In this document: positions 1-12,302 of the stretch, in pieces | How the letters are laid out: the number at the start of each line of letters is the position of its first letter | Position numbering within the stretch: position 1 is the first letter of the stretch | DNA from: Lytechinus pictus | Lineage: Eukaryota | DNA length: 64,000 nt | Reading direction: 5' to 3' | Assembly (NCBI RefSeq): GCF_037042905.1 | Contig: NC_087258.1 | Coordinates: forward strand, 5,952,001-6,016,000 | Program-made: the position numbers and the translations under genes | Notes under the pieces: model-generated | The model's database searches: none | Seen by the model: only the letters and a program-made list of their open reading frames with translations | Told to the model about the DNA's origin: nothing

Positions 1-378
1 TCGTGCGTAAAAGTAAATGCAGAGAAAGCTCGATTTCTTCAGATGGTGCACACTGGGCACTCGCCGCAGCGGCTCGTGCACAGTGCGGCACCTATCTAAA
101 GAAACTTCGCGTGCTCTGCATTTCCACTAACGCACTCGGCTGCATGCATTATTTGTATATTGTTGCACGTTCTTGTCGGATAGAAGTGTAAATTACTATT
201 GTATGAAAATAAATCTGTGAATACATAATTATACAACTCGTGTTGTGGAAAAAATTGTGAAATTAAACGAAACTTCAAACAGTCATAACTTTGGCGCCCG
301 ATTTTAATTTTTTCCATCATTGTGCTTGTTTAATTATTCTCTGTTGAGTTGAAATCGGCCTGGGATGTAACAACTTTT
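1..378. mobile_element. Partial non-autonomous DNA transposon (MITE-like), cut by the window start
   Basis: Imperfect palindrome at about 1-140 (tgcagagaaag...agatggtgcacactg / cagtgcggcacctatct...ctctgca). The 3' part (ccgattttaattttttccatcattgtgcttg) resembles the right arm of the 11711-12302 element. Confidence 0.4.
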
Positions 379-897
379 ATTCGAATAGCTCAAACTTTTG
401 GTAGTCCTCCACATCCTCGGGAGCTTAATGAAAGGTGTCATCACGGGAGCATTTCATGAAACAACATTTTCAGTGATAATATTGCTCTCAGCCAATGAGA
501 AGGAAGGATTTGACTGTATTAACTTACAACATTATTTTTTTTAAATGGTCACCACTCTTTTATTTAAAGATATTGGCCACAAGGTTTTAACTCTCAGTCA
601 TTTTATAACAGCTAAAATAGCAGGGGGATAAATCACAACCTTGAGGGAGTCAAGAGTTCCTGACATGTTGATTCGACGTGATGAAACCGAACGAGGCCAC
701 TTTGTCCTGCTCTATATATTTCACGAAAATTATAAGATCAGCCTTCCAGGTTTGATGGTCTCGACGTCCTTTGCCAATTAAACATACACAAAATGTCCAT
801 CATTTTCAGAAGATTTGGATTGCAATTATGATAGCCACTTCATGTTTACCTAATCGTCCTGCGGGCCTTGCATGTACGTCGAGAGCCTGACAAGAGC

Positions 898-1026
898 CGC
901 ACTACGACTAACCACGATACTCAGCAATTGTTATTTTAAGAAGAAGTAACATTTGAGTATGAGGCGGACGCACTACGACTAACCACGATACTTAGCAATG
1001 GTTATGTTAAGAACTAACATTTGAAT
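898..1026 (+). repeat. Two-copy tandem duplication, about 70-bp unit
   Basis: cgcactacgactaaccacgatac(t/c)tagcaat...taacatttga occurs twice in a row. Confidence 0.8.
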
Positions 1027-1232
1027 AAATCATCCGTTCAGATGTGTTTTTATGAGGTATCTGCTTAAAAAAATCGTAATCCCTGAAAAGTAGATTATAG
1101 TATAATAAATTTATATCGGTACGCGGTTCCTGAAAATCAGTGGTGTCATGGGCCAACATTTTTGAGGGGGCTAGATAATAGATAGATAGATAGATAGATA
1201 GATAGAAAATATACATTTTTATTACAAAAATC

Positions 1233-1447
1233 CAATCGACGCGAAAACGCTTATTCATGAAAGTATAGACAAAATAATTGATAATATGATTGATTCCTGG
1301 AAGTCTTCTGCCGATGAAAACGAGGGTTTCAGCAGTAACGTAGTGTTCAATGATATCCAGTGTGCTGACTCTGAGATGGAAGAAGGCAATCGGTGGTAGC
1401 CACGATGCCATTTCATGCCAATAGTATAGCGGTTACCGCTATCAGAT
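1233..1447 (-). pseudogene. Inverted fragment (TM6-TM7-helix 8) of a paralog of the 4353-5582 GPCR
   Basis: Translates ASWLPPIAFFHLRVSTLDIIEHYVTAETLVFIGRRLPGINHIINYFVYTFMNKRFRVD, close to the C-terminal part of the intact GPCR. A 10-nt insertion (tggcatgaaa) shifts the frame in TM6, and the fragment then runs into a GATA microsatellite. Confidence 0.85.
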
Positions 1448-4352
1448 AATTACATAGTTGACCCTTCTCTCTTTCATTTTCTATTTCTTTTTCTTGGTCG
1501 TACTTTTTTTTGGGGGTGGGGGAGGGGCAAGAGCTCATATCTGTACGCTGGTGCTGAAAATCTAGAAAAAATGTAGGCCTATGTCCTATATATTTTTGGG
1601 AAAACTTTTTTATTGGGGGGGGGGGCTTTTTAAGACTCGAAAGAGATGGGTTGCTCTTGGTCGGTACTTGTTGGTGGACATTTTGCTTGACAGCTTCAAT
1701 CGGTGAATGATAAGATCACGTGAGCGGACACCAGGTACACGTGATCTGTGTTGATATCAAGTGCAACATGATGGACAGTAAAACAAATGAATAACGGCTA
1801 AAATAAAACAGATCTCATATTTAAATTCCTTTTAACCCAAGTTGAAAAACGTTCTTTTCAACCATCCAACATCTGAATTAATTTATCCCATCATATTTCC
1901 TAATTATTATATGTTTATTTTATCAGTACAAGTCTTAATTTTTATATTTTACTGTCCATAGGGACTGCCTCGACAGAACATTTGCTTTGTTCTTTTGCAG
2001 CTTTCCATTTCATGTTCATTTTTATGCATTTACTGTAATTATCCTTATACAATCTTTGCCTTTTTAAATCTTACTTGCATCTTACTTTTGTATCTTTGTT
2101 TCTTTGTTTCTTTATGTATTTCTGATGTTTTTTATATGCTCAATGTATTTTAATGGACTTGAATAAATAAATGAATGAATGAATGAATAAAATAGCGAAA
2201 CGGAGAGCGGACATTTCCCGTGCTGCATAACAATGTCACGACTGTCGTATTTTGGTCGTACATGAAGCAAACAGACCATAAGAGGATAATTGAGTTGATA
2301 GTGGGTGGGGGGATAAAACAAATATCAATATGAAGGGCTTGATGTGTGCAAGTTCAATTTCCTCCACAGAAAGAGAGAAAACTTTCCGCCAAAATAAAAC
2401 AAAACATTTTAAATGACATGGGATGGTTGACATCAATACAAATAGTTGCTTAATGAGCCAACCATTTTGAGAGGGAACATCATGACGTTTGCTGGAAAAT
2501 ATATAAATGGTCAAGAGCGAGCGAAGCAAGCAAGTAAAATTTTGTTTTTTTTTTGAAATAAATCAAACCCATTTTAATTAAATAATATCTCTAATTCTTT
2601 TGGGATAGATTTTAACACAAAAAAAATGATATAATATTCTACCCTATTACCTTTTATTTAATTTAATTTTCTCCTTTTTAGTGGTAAAACTTTGCTCCTT
2701 ACACAACCATTAGTACGGCAGTGACCTAACTAAAAGATCTCACCATAGTCACTCACAGAGATTTTTGATAGAACGCAATATGCCATACCCCATCCAGGTT
2801 TATCTACTGTAGTATTTTCATTTGAATTTGCTTGGTGTGTTGGACTCCGAGAAAAAATAGAGAAAAGAGGTGAAATGTATTGAATTATATGATTTATTAA
2901 TTTTGACAAAATCTATCGCAAAAATTAGAATATCATTTCTGTTAAAGGCCACTATTTGTCACTCAATCGCTTCGAGCCCTCGGGACTTTTGGATATTTTT
3001 TTGTTTTCGCCATTCGCTATGTTGTGCTCCTCAAAATGTTTCATTAAGCCACTACAAGATATGATTATTATCATCGAAATGTAGCTTTCATTTGGATATA
3101 TATTGCAGGAACGGTTCTTGAATCACCCTGTAGTTCAAATAACATTAGAGGCATCAATCTCACTTGTCGTGATAGCGACAACGGTCACGAATAAGCGCCG
3201 TTGCTTACTCTACGATCTTTACAGTAAAAAAAGGCACCGCATCTCCCTATAAAAAGCACTTTCCACACTCATAGCTGTCACTTAAATTCTAGTTTAGGCA
3301 GATAGCAGGAAACTTGACCGTGCATCATTCGACATCTTCCCGTTCCACCTGCCTGGAAAGCGCGTGTTTGAAACCTATCCAATCTGGAAGTGTTTCATGT
3401 CATTTTTCTCTCGCGTCAGGAAATCTACGGAGTATTATACATTCAGGCATACGATCGACGTCTAGATTGCAATACTATTTCTATTATTGTACTGATTTTT
3501 TTTTTTCTTTTCAACTCTCTTCTATTAAAGGGAAGAGGTTACAATTTTGAAGATCTAAGGGTAGAGTTCTACAGATTCATTTCCTATCAGAGCTTCTGCC
3601 TACAGCCTTGGCAATAATTATGAACCACTTGTACCTCGTCTTAGTTTTAGTATGAAGCGAACAAACACATATCTATTCTCATTCGATCGATATTTTACAC
3701 AATCTGTGACCAAAAAACAACAATAAATATCAAGAGTTCATTTAACATGGACGGATATTATGAGGAAGACGCTTATTATTCCTTTATCCATCAGGACAGC
3801 TCACCCTGCAAAAAGTGCTAAAATAACTCGAAATAAAACTACAGTAAATCTGTTTCCTCATATTCGCCTGACTTTTAAAAGTTACTACGTACTCAAGCGG
3901 TGTGTCTCAGCATTTTCAATGTACTCTTTTCTTTTGGTTCAAAGAAAAAAAATAAGACGCCGTTCGAGCTTTCGATATACCGACGGAAGGAGGGCCAAAT
4001 ACGATTTCTCTAAAAATTCGAATGTTATTGATAGTTGACTTGGAAAATGTAGAAACCTCGAGAACAACTAGGAAAATTATTTGCTTTCGCAATCGCTGCG
4101 AGTATGAATTGGGTGAAGGCTCTCACAAGCTCACCATAACTTTATTGGACATGTTCGAGGGATGAAATTTATTCCGAAAGGAGAAACCATTAGCGACAAC
4201 TGGTATTGCCTGTGTGTTATAACGATCGCCTTTTGAATCGTATTTTTCATGTTCTCGTTTCCCTTAGTGAATTTCATTGCCTTTTCGTTTAATCTGCGAC
4301 CTCAAATACTCGTTCTCGTTATTATTCTTATGACGGGAGTAATTTTGAAGCA

Positions 4353-5582
4353 ATGAATCTCTCATCCCCATCAAGCATCTATGCGGTTATCTTCTACAGC
4401 CTCCAGATCATATTCGGTATTCCCGGCAATGTATTGATCGTACTGGTGTACATACGGAAGAAACGAAAAGTCAGTACGGATATCCTGATCATTGCCCAGG
4501 GCATCATAGACCTCGTGGCATCCCTGCTCGCATCCGTCAACATCCTAAAATCCATCTCCGATCGCTTCACCATCAAAGCCATCTGCCGCATCACTCTCTT
4601 CGGCAACAACTCGCTCGCCTTCTCGTCTTTGTTCCTAACCGCCGCGATTGCGCTTGACCGCTTCTTTTTCGTATGTCGCCCGTATGGAAAGAGAACGTCG
4701 AACAATCGAGCGTTGTGTCTGGCGGTAGCCTGCTGGGTTTTAGGAAGCTCTCTCACCTGTACAAAACTCATCTATGTTGAAGCGGTTCCATCAATCAGTG
4801 GACAAAAGACCTGTCTTGTCATAGATACACTCCAGATCTTTGACAAGCTTGAAGCGTGGTTAAAGACTTCTGGATTCGTACTTGCGTTGGTCGTGAGTAG
4901 CGTTATGTATGGAAAAATATACCATACCATTAGACACCAGGCAAAGATCCATGCTCAGCTGGTAGGAGGTGTATCGAAGAAGGTTACTACGCCCAAAATA
5001 GCTTTCAGAACACAGGAAGAACTGATACAAACAGAGACAGATGCGTGTCATAGCACTCTCGAGCAATCAATGGTAGCATCGGGCGAACCGTCCGATAAGC
5101 AAGAAGCCATTACAATGGAAAGGTGTCCACAGTCCTCAAAGACATCGTTTTTGCAGGTGAATGGAAGAGCTAAAGAACGGGATCCGATGACACCCAATTC
5201 GCTTTCAAGCGCGTTTGACGGTCAAGCTACATCGCAGGTTACCTTCACAAATTCACACTCAAATTCTATTCCCGTCAACTCCCGGCAGAACTCACATCTG
5301 AAGTTGTCTGACCGCGGTGAGAACAGAACGACGAAAATGCTCATGGCGGTAACTGCTATACTTTTGGCATCGTGGCTACCACCGATTGTCTTCTTCCATC
5401 TCAGAGACAGCACACTGGATATCATAGAACGCTCCGTCACTGCTGGAACCCTCGTTTTCATCGGTATGGGACTTCCAGGAATCAATCATATTATCAATTA
5501 TTTTGTTTATACTTTCATGAATAAGCGCTTTCGTGTCGATTGCAAGTGCTTGCTCAAAACAATCACTCATAGGTTCTACTAA
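4353..5582 (+). CDS. Single-exon rhodopsin-class (class A) GPCR, 409 aa, orphan/chemoreceptor-like
   Basis: Seven hydrophobic segments; GN in TM1 (GIPGNVLI), D in TM2, DRF at the end of TM3 (ALDRFFFVCRP), W in TM4, SWLP in TM6, NYFVY (NPxxY variant) in TM7, FR in helix 8. Long S/T-rich ICL3. AATAAA at about 5632. Confidence 0.95.
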   Translation: MNLSSPSSIYAVIFYSLQIIFGIPGNVLIVLVYIRKKRKVSTDILIIAQGIIDLVASLLASVNILKSISDRFTIKAICRITLFGNNSLAFSSLFLTAAIALDRFFFVCRPYGKRTSNNRALCLAVACWVLGSSLTCTKLIYVEAVPSISGQKTCLVIDTLQIFDKLEAWLKTSGFVLALVVSSVMYGKIYHTIRHQAKIHAQLVGGVSKKVTTPKIAFRTQEELIQTETDACHSTLEQSMVASGEPSDKQEAITMERCPQSSKTSFLQVNGRAKERDPMTPNSLSSAFDGQATSQVTFTNSHSNSIPVNSRQNSHLKLSDRGENRTTKMLMAVTAILLASWLPPIVFFHLRDSTLDIIERSVTAGTLVFIGMGLPGINHIINYFVYTFMNKRFRVDCKCLLKTITHRFY

Positions 5583-6651
5583 TATTTAAACCGAATAATT
5601 TTAAGAAGAAACATAATAATGTTTGGAGGACAATAAAGAGACTTTCAGAAAGATAGGCAATTAAATACATGCAAATGTTCAACATGTTTAAGTCACATCA
5701 TTGATAAAGACTGCAGTGGACACCTAGATTGGGCTATATTTTCAAATGTGTTCAATACTACCGGTACACATGAACCTCATACCACGCCTGTAATCTTGCA
5801 CAACTAATGTTTTGTTGTATAATTATTTTAAACGGTAATAAACTCCCTTAATTTTGTATATTCAATAAGCATCGTACATAAAAAAAAAATATGTAATTGA
5901 GCTCTGCACTTACAAAATGTATATTGGTCATAAATGTCGGTACGACGATATTAGAGGCAGAGATATCGTCAAAGAGAATGTGTTCTTCACGTGACACTTT
6001 TCTAAATACATGTTGAAAGATTGGTATCATACAATTCAATATAGATTAAAGAATGATTTAGAACTTGTCAATATTTACTGCTATGAACGATTATATGTGT
6101 GCACGTATAAAATACAGCCGGTTACAGATCCTTCCCTCCAGTGTTTGTGGAAATCTCCAGTCATAAATCAGTTCAGTCTGAAATCAGTTCGGTATGAAGA
6201 AATAGTCAAATTTGTAAATAAATAAATAACAGTGCCCAAAAGAAATACTCAATGTTGGTTGGACAAATAATTACTCTCATGAAGCATTTTTACCCAATTT
6301 TCTTTAGAGTTTAGAATGGGCTTATGACCTCAATGACTCATTCATGTGAATCAATATCATATTATTTTTTTAAAGTCATGTCTGTCTTATTCTACTTTCG
6401 ATTTCGCCAACGATTTCTGGCATTCGCTTTATTAAATTCCTTATATTCATATCAATATAATATTGATAAGAAATGGAGGACGCCCCTTTAAACAATATAG
6501 TTCTGTAGATTACTTAAGATTCCAAAATGAAATCTGTCAAACCAAAGGTGACCTGTCCTAAAACGTTAACACCAAGTAGTATAACGTGAGTAAAATCACT
6601 TAAATCATGACCATTCAATGTATTATCTGAAGGTTTCCATGGCGAAAAAAA

Positions 6652-6788
6652 ATAGTGTAGTAGGTTTCACGGTACACCATATATCTTTCTTTGGCAAGTG
6701 TTGGTCCTGAAAAGTGTGGGTGGTCCTTTTCAGGACCAGCACTTGCCCAAGAAAGATACATGGTGTACCTTGAAACCTACTACACTAT
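6652..6788. repeat. 63-bp-arm hairpin palindrome, probably an inverted Penelope pLTR remnant
   Basis: Arms 6652-6714 and 6726-6788 are near-perfect reverse complements around an 11-nt loop. Flanking direct repeat atgaccatt(c/t)aatg at 6607-6620 and 6787-6800. Confidence 0.75.
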
Positions 6789-7502
6789 GACCATTTAATG
6801 TTCATATTGTTAGCTCTTGAGCTGGGCAATGCAAATAAAACAGGAAATTGAGAATGTGTTACGAGGGAAACCGGAATGGACATTTTTACGTTAGAAATAT
6901 TTGGGTGTTAAATGTAAAAAAAAGGAATGGGATGAAAAAAATAAAGGGAAATACACGCCCGACAATCCTCATGATCATTATGAATGCGATAATACATAAA
7001 ATTTATTTTCTATAGATCCAGCTTTGACAACATCTCACTTAAAAGTCCAGATTGAGATAGAATAATCCATTTTAATAATTATTGATGTTGTAATAAACTA
7101 AACAGAATTATCAACGTTGCGCTAAGAATACGTAGAGGCTTCGCAATAATAGGCAAACATTTAGAGAATAATTTAAAAATTAACATGGTTACGATAAGCT
7201 ATACATGTATGCGTTGTTACAACCGATAATCCCGACCTTTCGTTCGAGAACGCGAACGCTTATTTGCGACGGTAGTTGATTTTGGAAGAGACTTTTGGGC
7301 CCGTCGTCATGGTCGTAAAACTCTGTCCTGCAATGCAAATTGTGTGACATGGGATTTTTTTTTCGTTTCGCATCTGGAACGGAAACATTCATTCTGCATT
7401 TCGTGTGCAAAATTCTGGTTGCTACTATGGTTACAGCGATATATCCGACTTAGGACGACTTTCCAAAGCTAGATTTGGTTCCTCCCAGAGCTCGAGAGGC
7501 CG

Positions 7503-7802
7503 CCCGGGGGGCCCACTTCCTTTGAAGAGTGGATACCAGGCGCGACCAAGCGTAAAAAGGGAAAGAGTGGGCAAGTACGTTACGTATAGGCCTATGTAAC
7601 GTTATAAGGGTGTCAAAACGATGTTTAAAATACTGAAATGGAGGATATGTTTTCAATACTTGTAGGGTTTCACAAGCTAAATACTTGTTAAGAGATGCAT
7701 TTTCATAATCTGGAAAAGCCTTGCTTCCCTTGTTTAGGGTGCTTTTCGGAACCGCATGGTCGTGCCTGGTATCCACTCATCAATTGAAGTGGTCCCCCCG
7801 GG
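7503..7802. mobile_element. 300-bp MITE nested in the Ginger-like element
   Basis: TIRs of about 45 bp: cccgggggg...cacttc...gagtggataccaggcgcgacca / tggtcgtgcctggtatccactc...gaagtggtccccccggg. Confidence 0.8.
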
Positions 7803-8269
7803 AATTCGAATCTAATCCCCCATTTCTGGGGAAAGTAAAACATAATGCCCATTACATTGTGTGCTAGAGGCATATCGTTTGTGTAGGAGTAAACAAAAGA
7901 AAAAAAACCGCATATTCGGCTGGTACGTGTTCAAACGTATACATGCTGTGTACATAATCAACGCATGCGAAATGGTTCCGGCTGGAGAGGTGATTTGACC
8001 CATGGAATCAATTGCCAGAGATCCATCAATAATCCATATTAAATGCAATATCGATTCGATGGACTGTAATGATCTATATCTAAGCCTTAATTCAGTAACT
8101 TTTTCCTCACTCAATATGTACTCGATTTGTTTGAAAAACCACTTTCTTATCCACGACAGGTCCTGCATTTCGAATATCTCCAGCCATCAGTCGTAAAGTA
8201 CATGCATGTATGGTGCGGGTGTTGCGGGAAAGAATTTTGCACACGAAAAGCAGATCTGAAGGGCCTGTA

Positions 8270-8400
8270 GCCCCCTGTAACACAAAGCTTAGCATTGACT
8301 GTAGAGCAGTTTTCTACATTTGATTCTATTGACTATAATGTACAATCAATCTTAAAAATCAAGTGTATGATTAAGCGTTAACTTTTGTGTTAGGGGACCC
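8270..8400. mobile_element. Short MITE
   Basis: Inverted ends taacacaaagcttagc / gcgttaacttttgtgtta. Confidence 0.55.
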
Positions 8401-11400
8401 TAATATTAGCGTCCGTGAGGATTGCGAAAGGTGGCAAATGTCGCAGCGACGCATAATGTCGAAATTGCGACATTATGCGTTGGATGATTTTGGCATAATG
8501 TCACAGTCAACGCATAATGTCGTAGCTTAAATTACTGACGCATAACGTCGCAAGTCTTAACGCATAATGTCTCATCGGTATTTTATCCAGGAATCGAGTT
8601 GCAGATAAGATATATGCATAAATGGATATATGATATATGTTTTCACTCAGTAATTGTTTAAAGCTCTGTCATCTGAACGTTTTAGTAAGTGTGTTTGGTG
8701 GGACAGGCGCAAATGCAGGGGGGGGGGCATTATTGAATTCATTATGATGAAAAGTGGTCACTTTTTAAAGAATTAATATTTTATCGTTGTTCATGACAGT
8801 TTAGAAAGAAATTATATTTCGTATTGTAACTCGTAATGTACTGCATGAACAATAATTTTATAAGCGATATGTCCTATACCAATTTTCCCGGGGGAGAGGG
8901 GAGCACGTGAAAAATTAAGAACACGTTGGTACGTAGCGGGAGAGGGCAGAATTAATGCTCATCCCCGGAAAAAAAGTGAAAACCTTTCTTTCTTACTGAA
9001 GAATTCCACAAAATGTTATAAAATGTGCACGAAATCATTAAATATCACTTAAGATTCGTTTTTCACATCCCCTCCTCACAGAAAAAAATATGCGTATGTA
9101 TTTCCTTAAAAAAAATAATAACCGAACATTACAATATTTTACATGCATAGACAACCTTTTTTTTTCTCTTCTCAATAATGAGAGCCCCCGAGCAATGGCG
9201 GCACCATGAATTAAAACTGATGGATGGCAAAGGAAAAGGGATAGAGGGGGAATAACATTTATTTTGCATGTTTCACAAAATGGAGTGTGAAGCGCGAGCT
9301 TAGTGACTAGGGCGCTGGATCCAACTTGTGGGTCCCCGCTGGAGTCCAGGGGCAGAGCACACATACATACGTGTTTTTAATACAGTATATAAAGCGGGGT
9401 TTCTCCAATAGGGGGTGGGGCGCAGAATGTTTTCATTCATGTTTCCCGATCGGCCGCTAAAAGCCATTTTTTGCTGTTGGTTTATAGAGGGAGCAGTCCC
9501 AACTAAAGACTGAAGTTTTAAGTACACTTAATAAGCTTTATTCTTACAAACAAGATAGGATTTCTCACATTACCTAAATAGATAATGAGAGCGCGAAGCG
9601 CGAGCTCAATCTTTTAAATATTCGATGCATTTAGACCAAAGCAATGAACATTCTGAGCAGTTTTAGGCAGTATAAGATATGCGAGCGACCCCCCCCCCCC
9701 TTGCATCCGCACCTGCCCCACCAAACACGCTCTTAAAAAAATGTTCAGATGACAGAGCTTGCACAAATTAATCAGTGAAAAAAAACATTTTATTTCATAT
9801 ATTACCCCGAGTCCTGAAGCGAATACAGCTGCGACATTATGCGTTAAGACTTGCGACGTTATGCGTTAGTAGAAAAGCTGGACATTATGCGTTGACTGCG
9901 ACATTATGCGTTGGATGCTATTGGCATAATGTCGCAATCTGCGACATTATGCGTTGGTGTGACATTTGCGTTGCTGCGACATTATCGGTTGTAACATGCG
10001 TCACTACATTAATTTCAACAGTGAAATTTTGCACCATCAGTTCGGTTGGGTCTTTAATAAATATAGAAATCCACAAAACAGGAAGAATCGAATGTATAAA
10101 GACAAATCAATTCCATCAGAATCAGATGTAAAATAAGAAAATTGAAATCATTGTAAGCTTCGCTTATCTAAATATGTATAGCTAACCACTTTTGCGAATT
10201 CGGGTCATTATGTTTGAAAGACAAAACTACTATTTATCGCAAGATTCACCTTTCGCCAACCGAGTAGCAATGTTCTAAAGTTTGTGGAATATAATTACAA
10301 ATATGGCATTATTTGACAGAATGTCATCAACTTTTTACCCGATTACCCACAATTAAACAAGACTGATTCTGTGTCAAACTCATGGGTTCTAAATGTTAAT
10401 TCGTCGTACAAATACGATACCCAAGTCACGTGACAGTAATATTATGGATCGGGCCACAACGTACGAAATATACATGTTACTTAAATCAGCCATAGGCCGA
10501 TATAATCTCTTTTAAATCAACTATAATATTTTAAAGTGGATTTTACAACGTTTGTTATATTCATCGTGTATTCCTGACTTCATAAAATGACAGTTAATGT
10601 CAGTAAAGTCATCATATATTTCAATAAAAGCTGATTATCTATTACAGAGCCGTCATAGTAATTTGACGAGTTACTGTCATGCACAGTATACCCTTTCATT
10701 CAGCATTTTATTTAATTGTTTGACCAATTCTGTACTTGTCACGTTTCCAACTCAAAGCCCACCCCTGGTCGTCTCAGTAATTGCTCTTAGGCGCCTGTGT
10801 AAACTTAGTAATGCAAGAGTTACACCAATTAAAACGACTCCAAACTGAATAATGATTTCCAATTCGAAAAAACGCAATAGCTTGATCGGTTTGATATTAA
10901 TTTCGTTAATGTGACAGTGACATAAGTGACGGATAGACAGAACGTTAATTATTACGGAAAGACTACGGAAATATCACGAACAACCTTTGAATATCTGGAA
11001 CACCATGATTCATGATTCAATAAAGCCAGATTTTGAAAATTAAAAAGGAATATAAATTGCACGCCTCTTTCGGATGACTAGATGCAAGTAATTACAAGGC
11101 TACTTTGCATCGATCAATTTAGCTACATTCAAATTGGATGTACTATTCACACAATCAATTCCTTGCTTTAATCAAGTTGTCAACAACACTGATTGGAATA
11201 TTAGTCATGTTAGTGTTGGCATTATTATAGATGATAACATGGTCTGTGTACAATCATTGTAGTCACATTTATTCCCCCTATTTCATGTACATGTATTTCG
11301 GGGATAAATCAGAAATGGATGTCAATGACTGACATTTCGATTATATTTTCAGCTGACGGCTTTCAGATTTTGTAAGGGAAGGGTCAATACTTGTAATTCA

Positions 11401-11710
11401 TTTTGGGATGAGTTGACGATTTGTTTCTTCGTTTGTTCAATAATTCCCCCTAATTTCCTTATCCATTTCACTCTCAACTTGTATGTATTCTTATTTCTCT
11501 TTTCAAAGCTTCTTCTTCATCTCTTTCTTCTTCTCTTTCTTTTGTATTGTTCTCTTTCTTCTTTTAATTGCTTGTATTCTTGTATCCTGTATCATTTCCT
11601 GGATACAGTTTGGATCATTTTCAACGATTAAGACGGAGTACTGTATTTTGAAATTGTTGGAATAATCAATCTAGTGTTAATTTGAATGTGATCTTTTGAA
11701 TTGAAGTTAA

Positions 11711-12302
11711 AGGTCAAGTCCTCCCCAGAAAAATATTGATATGAATAAATAAAGAAAAATCAAACAAGCATTATGCTGAAAATTTCATCGAAATTGTATT
11801 TAAAATAAGAAAGCTATGAAAGTTTTGCTTATTTTTCATAAAACAGTTGTATGGAAAAATCAGTGACATGCAAATGAGATAGTCGATGATGTCTACCACT
11901 CACTATTTCTTTTGTTTCTTATTGTGTGAATTACAAAATATTTCAATTTTTACCAATTTGACAAGAAGGACCAACTAGTTAGTGAATCATAAAATGTTTA
12001 CAGTGGTAATACCACATGTTAAGGGGAAATAAATTTTGTTTCACAGGACAATGAGGAGAAAATTATAATATTTCATATTTCATATAATAAAATACAAAAG
12101 ATGCAGTGAGTGATATCATCAGTCCCCACATTTGCATACCGACCAGGATGTGCATATAATTGTTTTGTAGAATTAAGCGAAAATCAAAAATGTCATAAAT
12201 TTCTTATTTTACAACCGATTTTGATAAAAAATTTCAGTATAATGCTTCATAGATTTTTCTCTTTTTATTCAAATCAACTTTTGGTCGAGGTGGACTTGTC
12301 CT
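11711..12302. mobile_element. Kolobok-like non-autonomous DNA transposon
   Basis: TTAA|aggtcaagtcc ... ggacttgtcct|TTAA. AGG...CCT termini with a TTAA TSD. Related partial copies at about 22372-22870 and 46300-46480. Confidence 0.75.

Larger units (their letters stand above)
7215..9996. mobile_element. Ginger-like (TGT...ACA) non-autonomous DNA transposon with a 5-bp TSD and foldback subterminal arms
   Basis: TIR tgttacaaccgataat at 7215 and attatcggttgtaaca ending at 9996. TGCGT directly flanks both ends. Inverted arms of about 300 bp (8434-8730 and 9690-9970) are built from gcataatgtcgca units. Confidence 0.75.

Noticed and set aside
1007-1411. 134-aa ORF considered as a functional GPCR
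   Set aside because: Only about 58 codons are homologous. The ATG comes from a small insertion, and the rest reads through a GATA microsatellite.
8434-9996. Short gcataatgtcgca repeats considered as a CRISPR array
   Set aside because: Units are about 15 bp, irregularly spaced, mirrored as inverted arms of a transposon, in a eukaryotic context with no cas genes.
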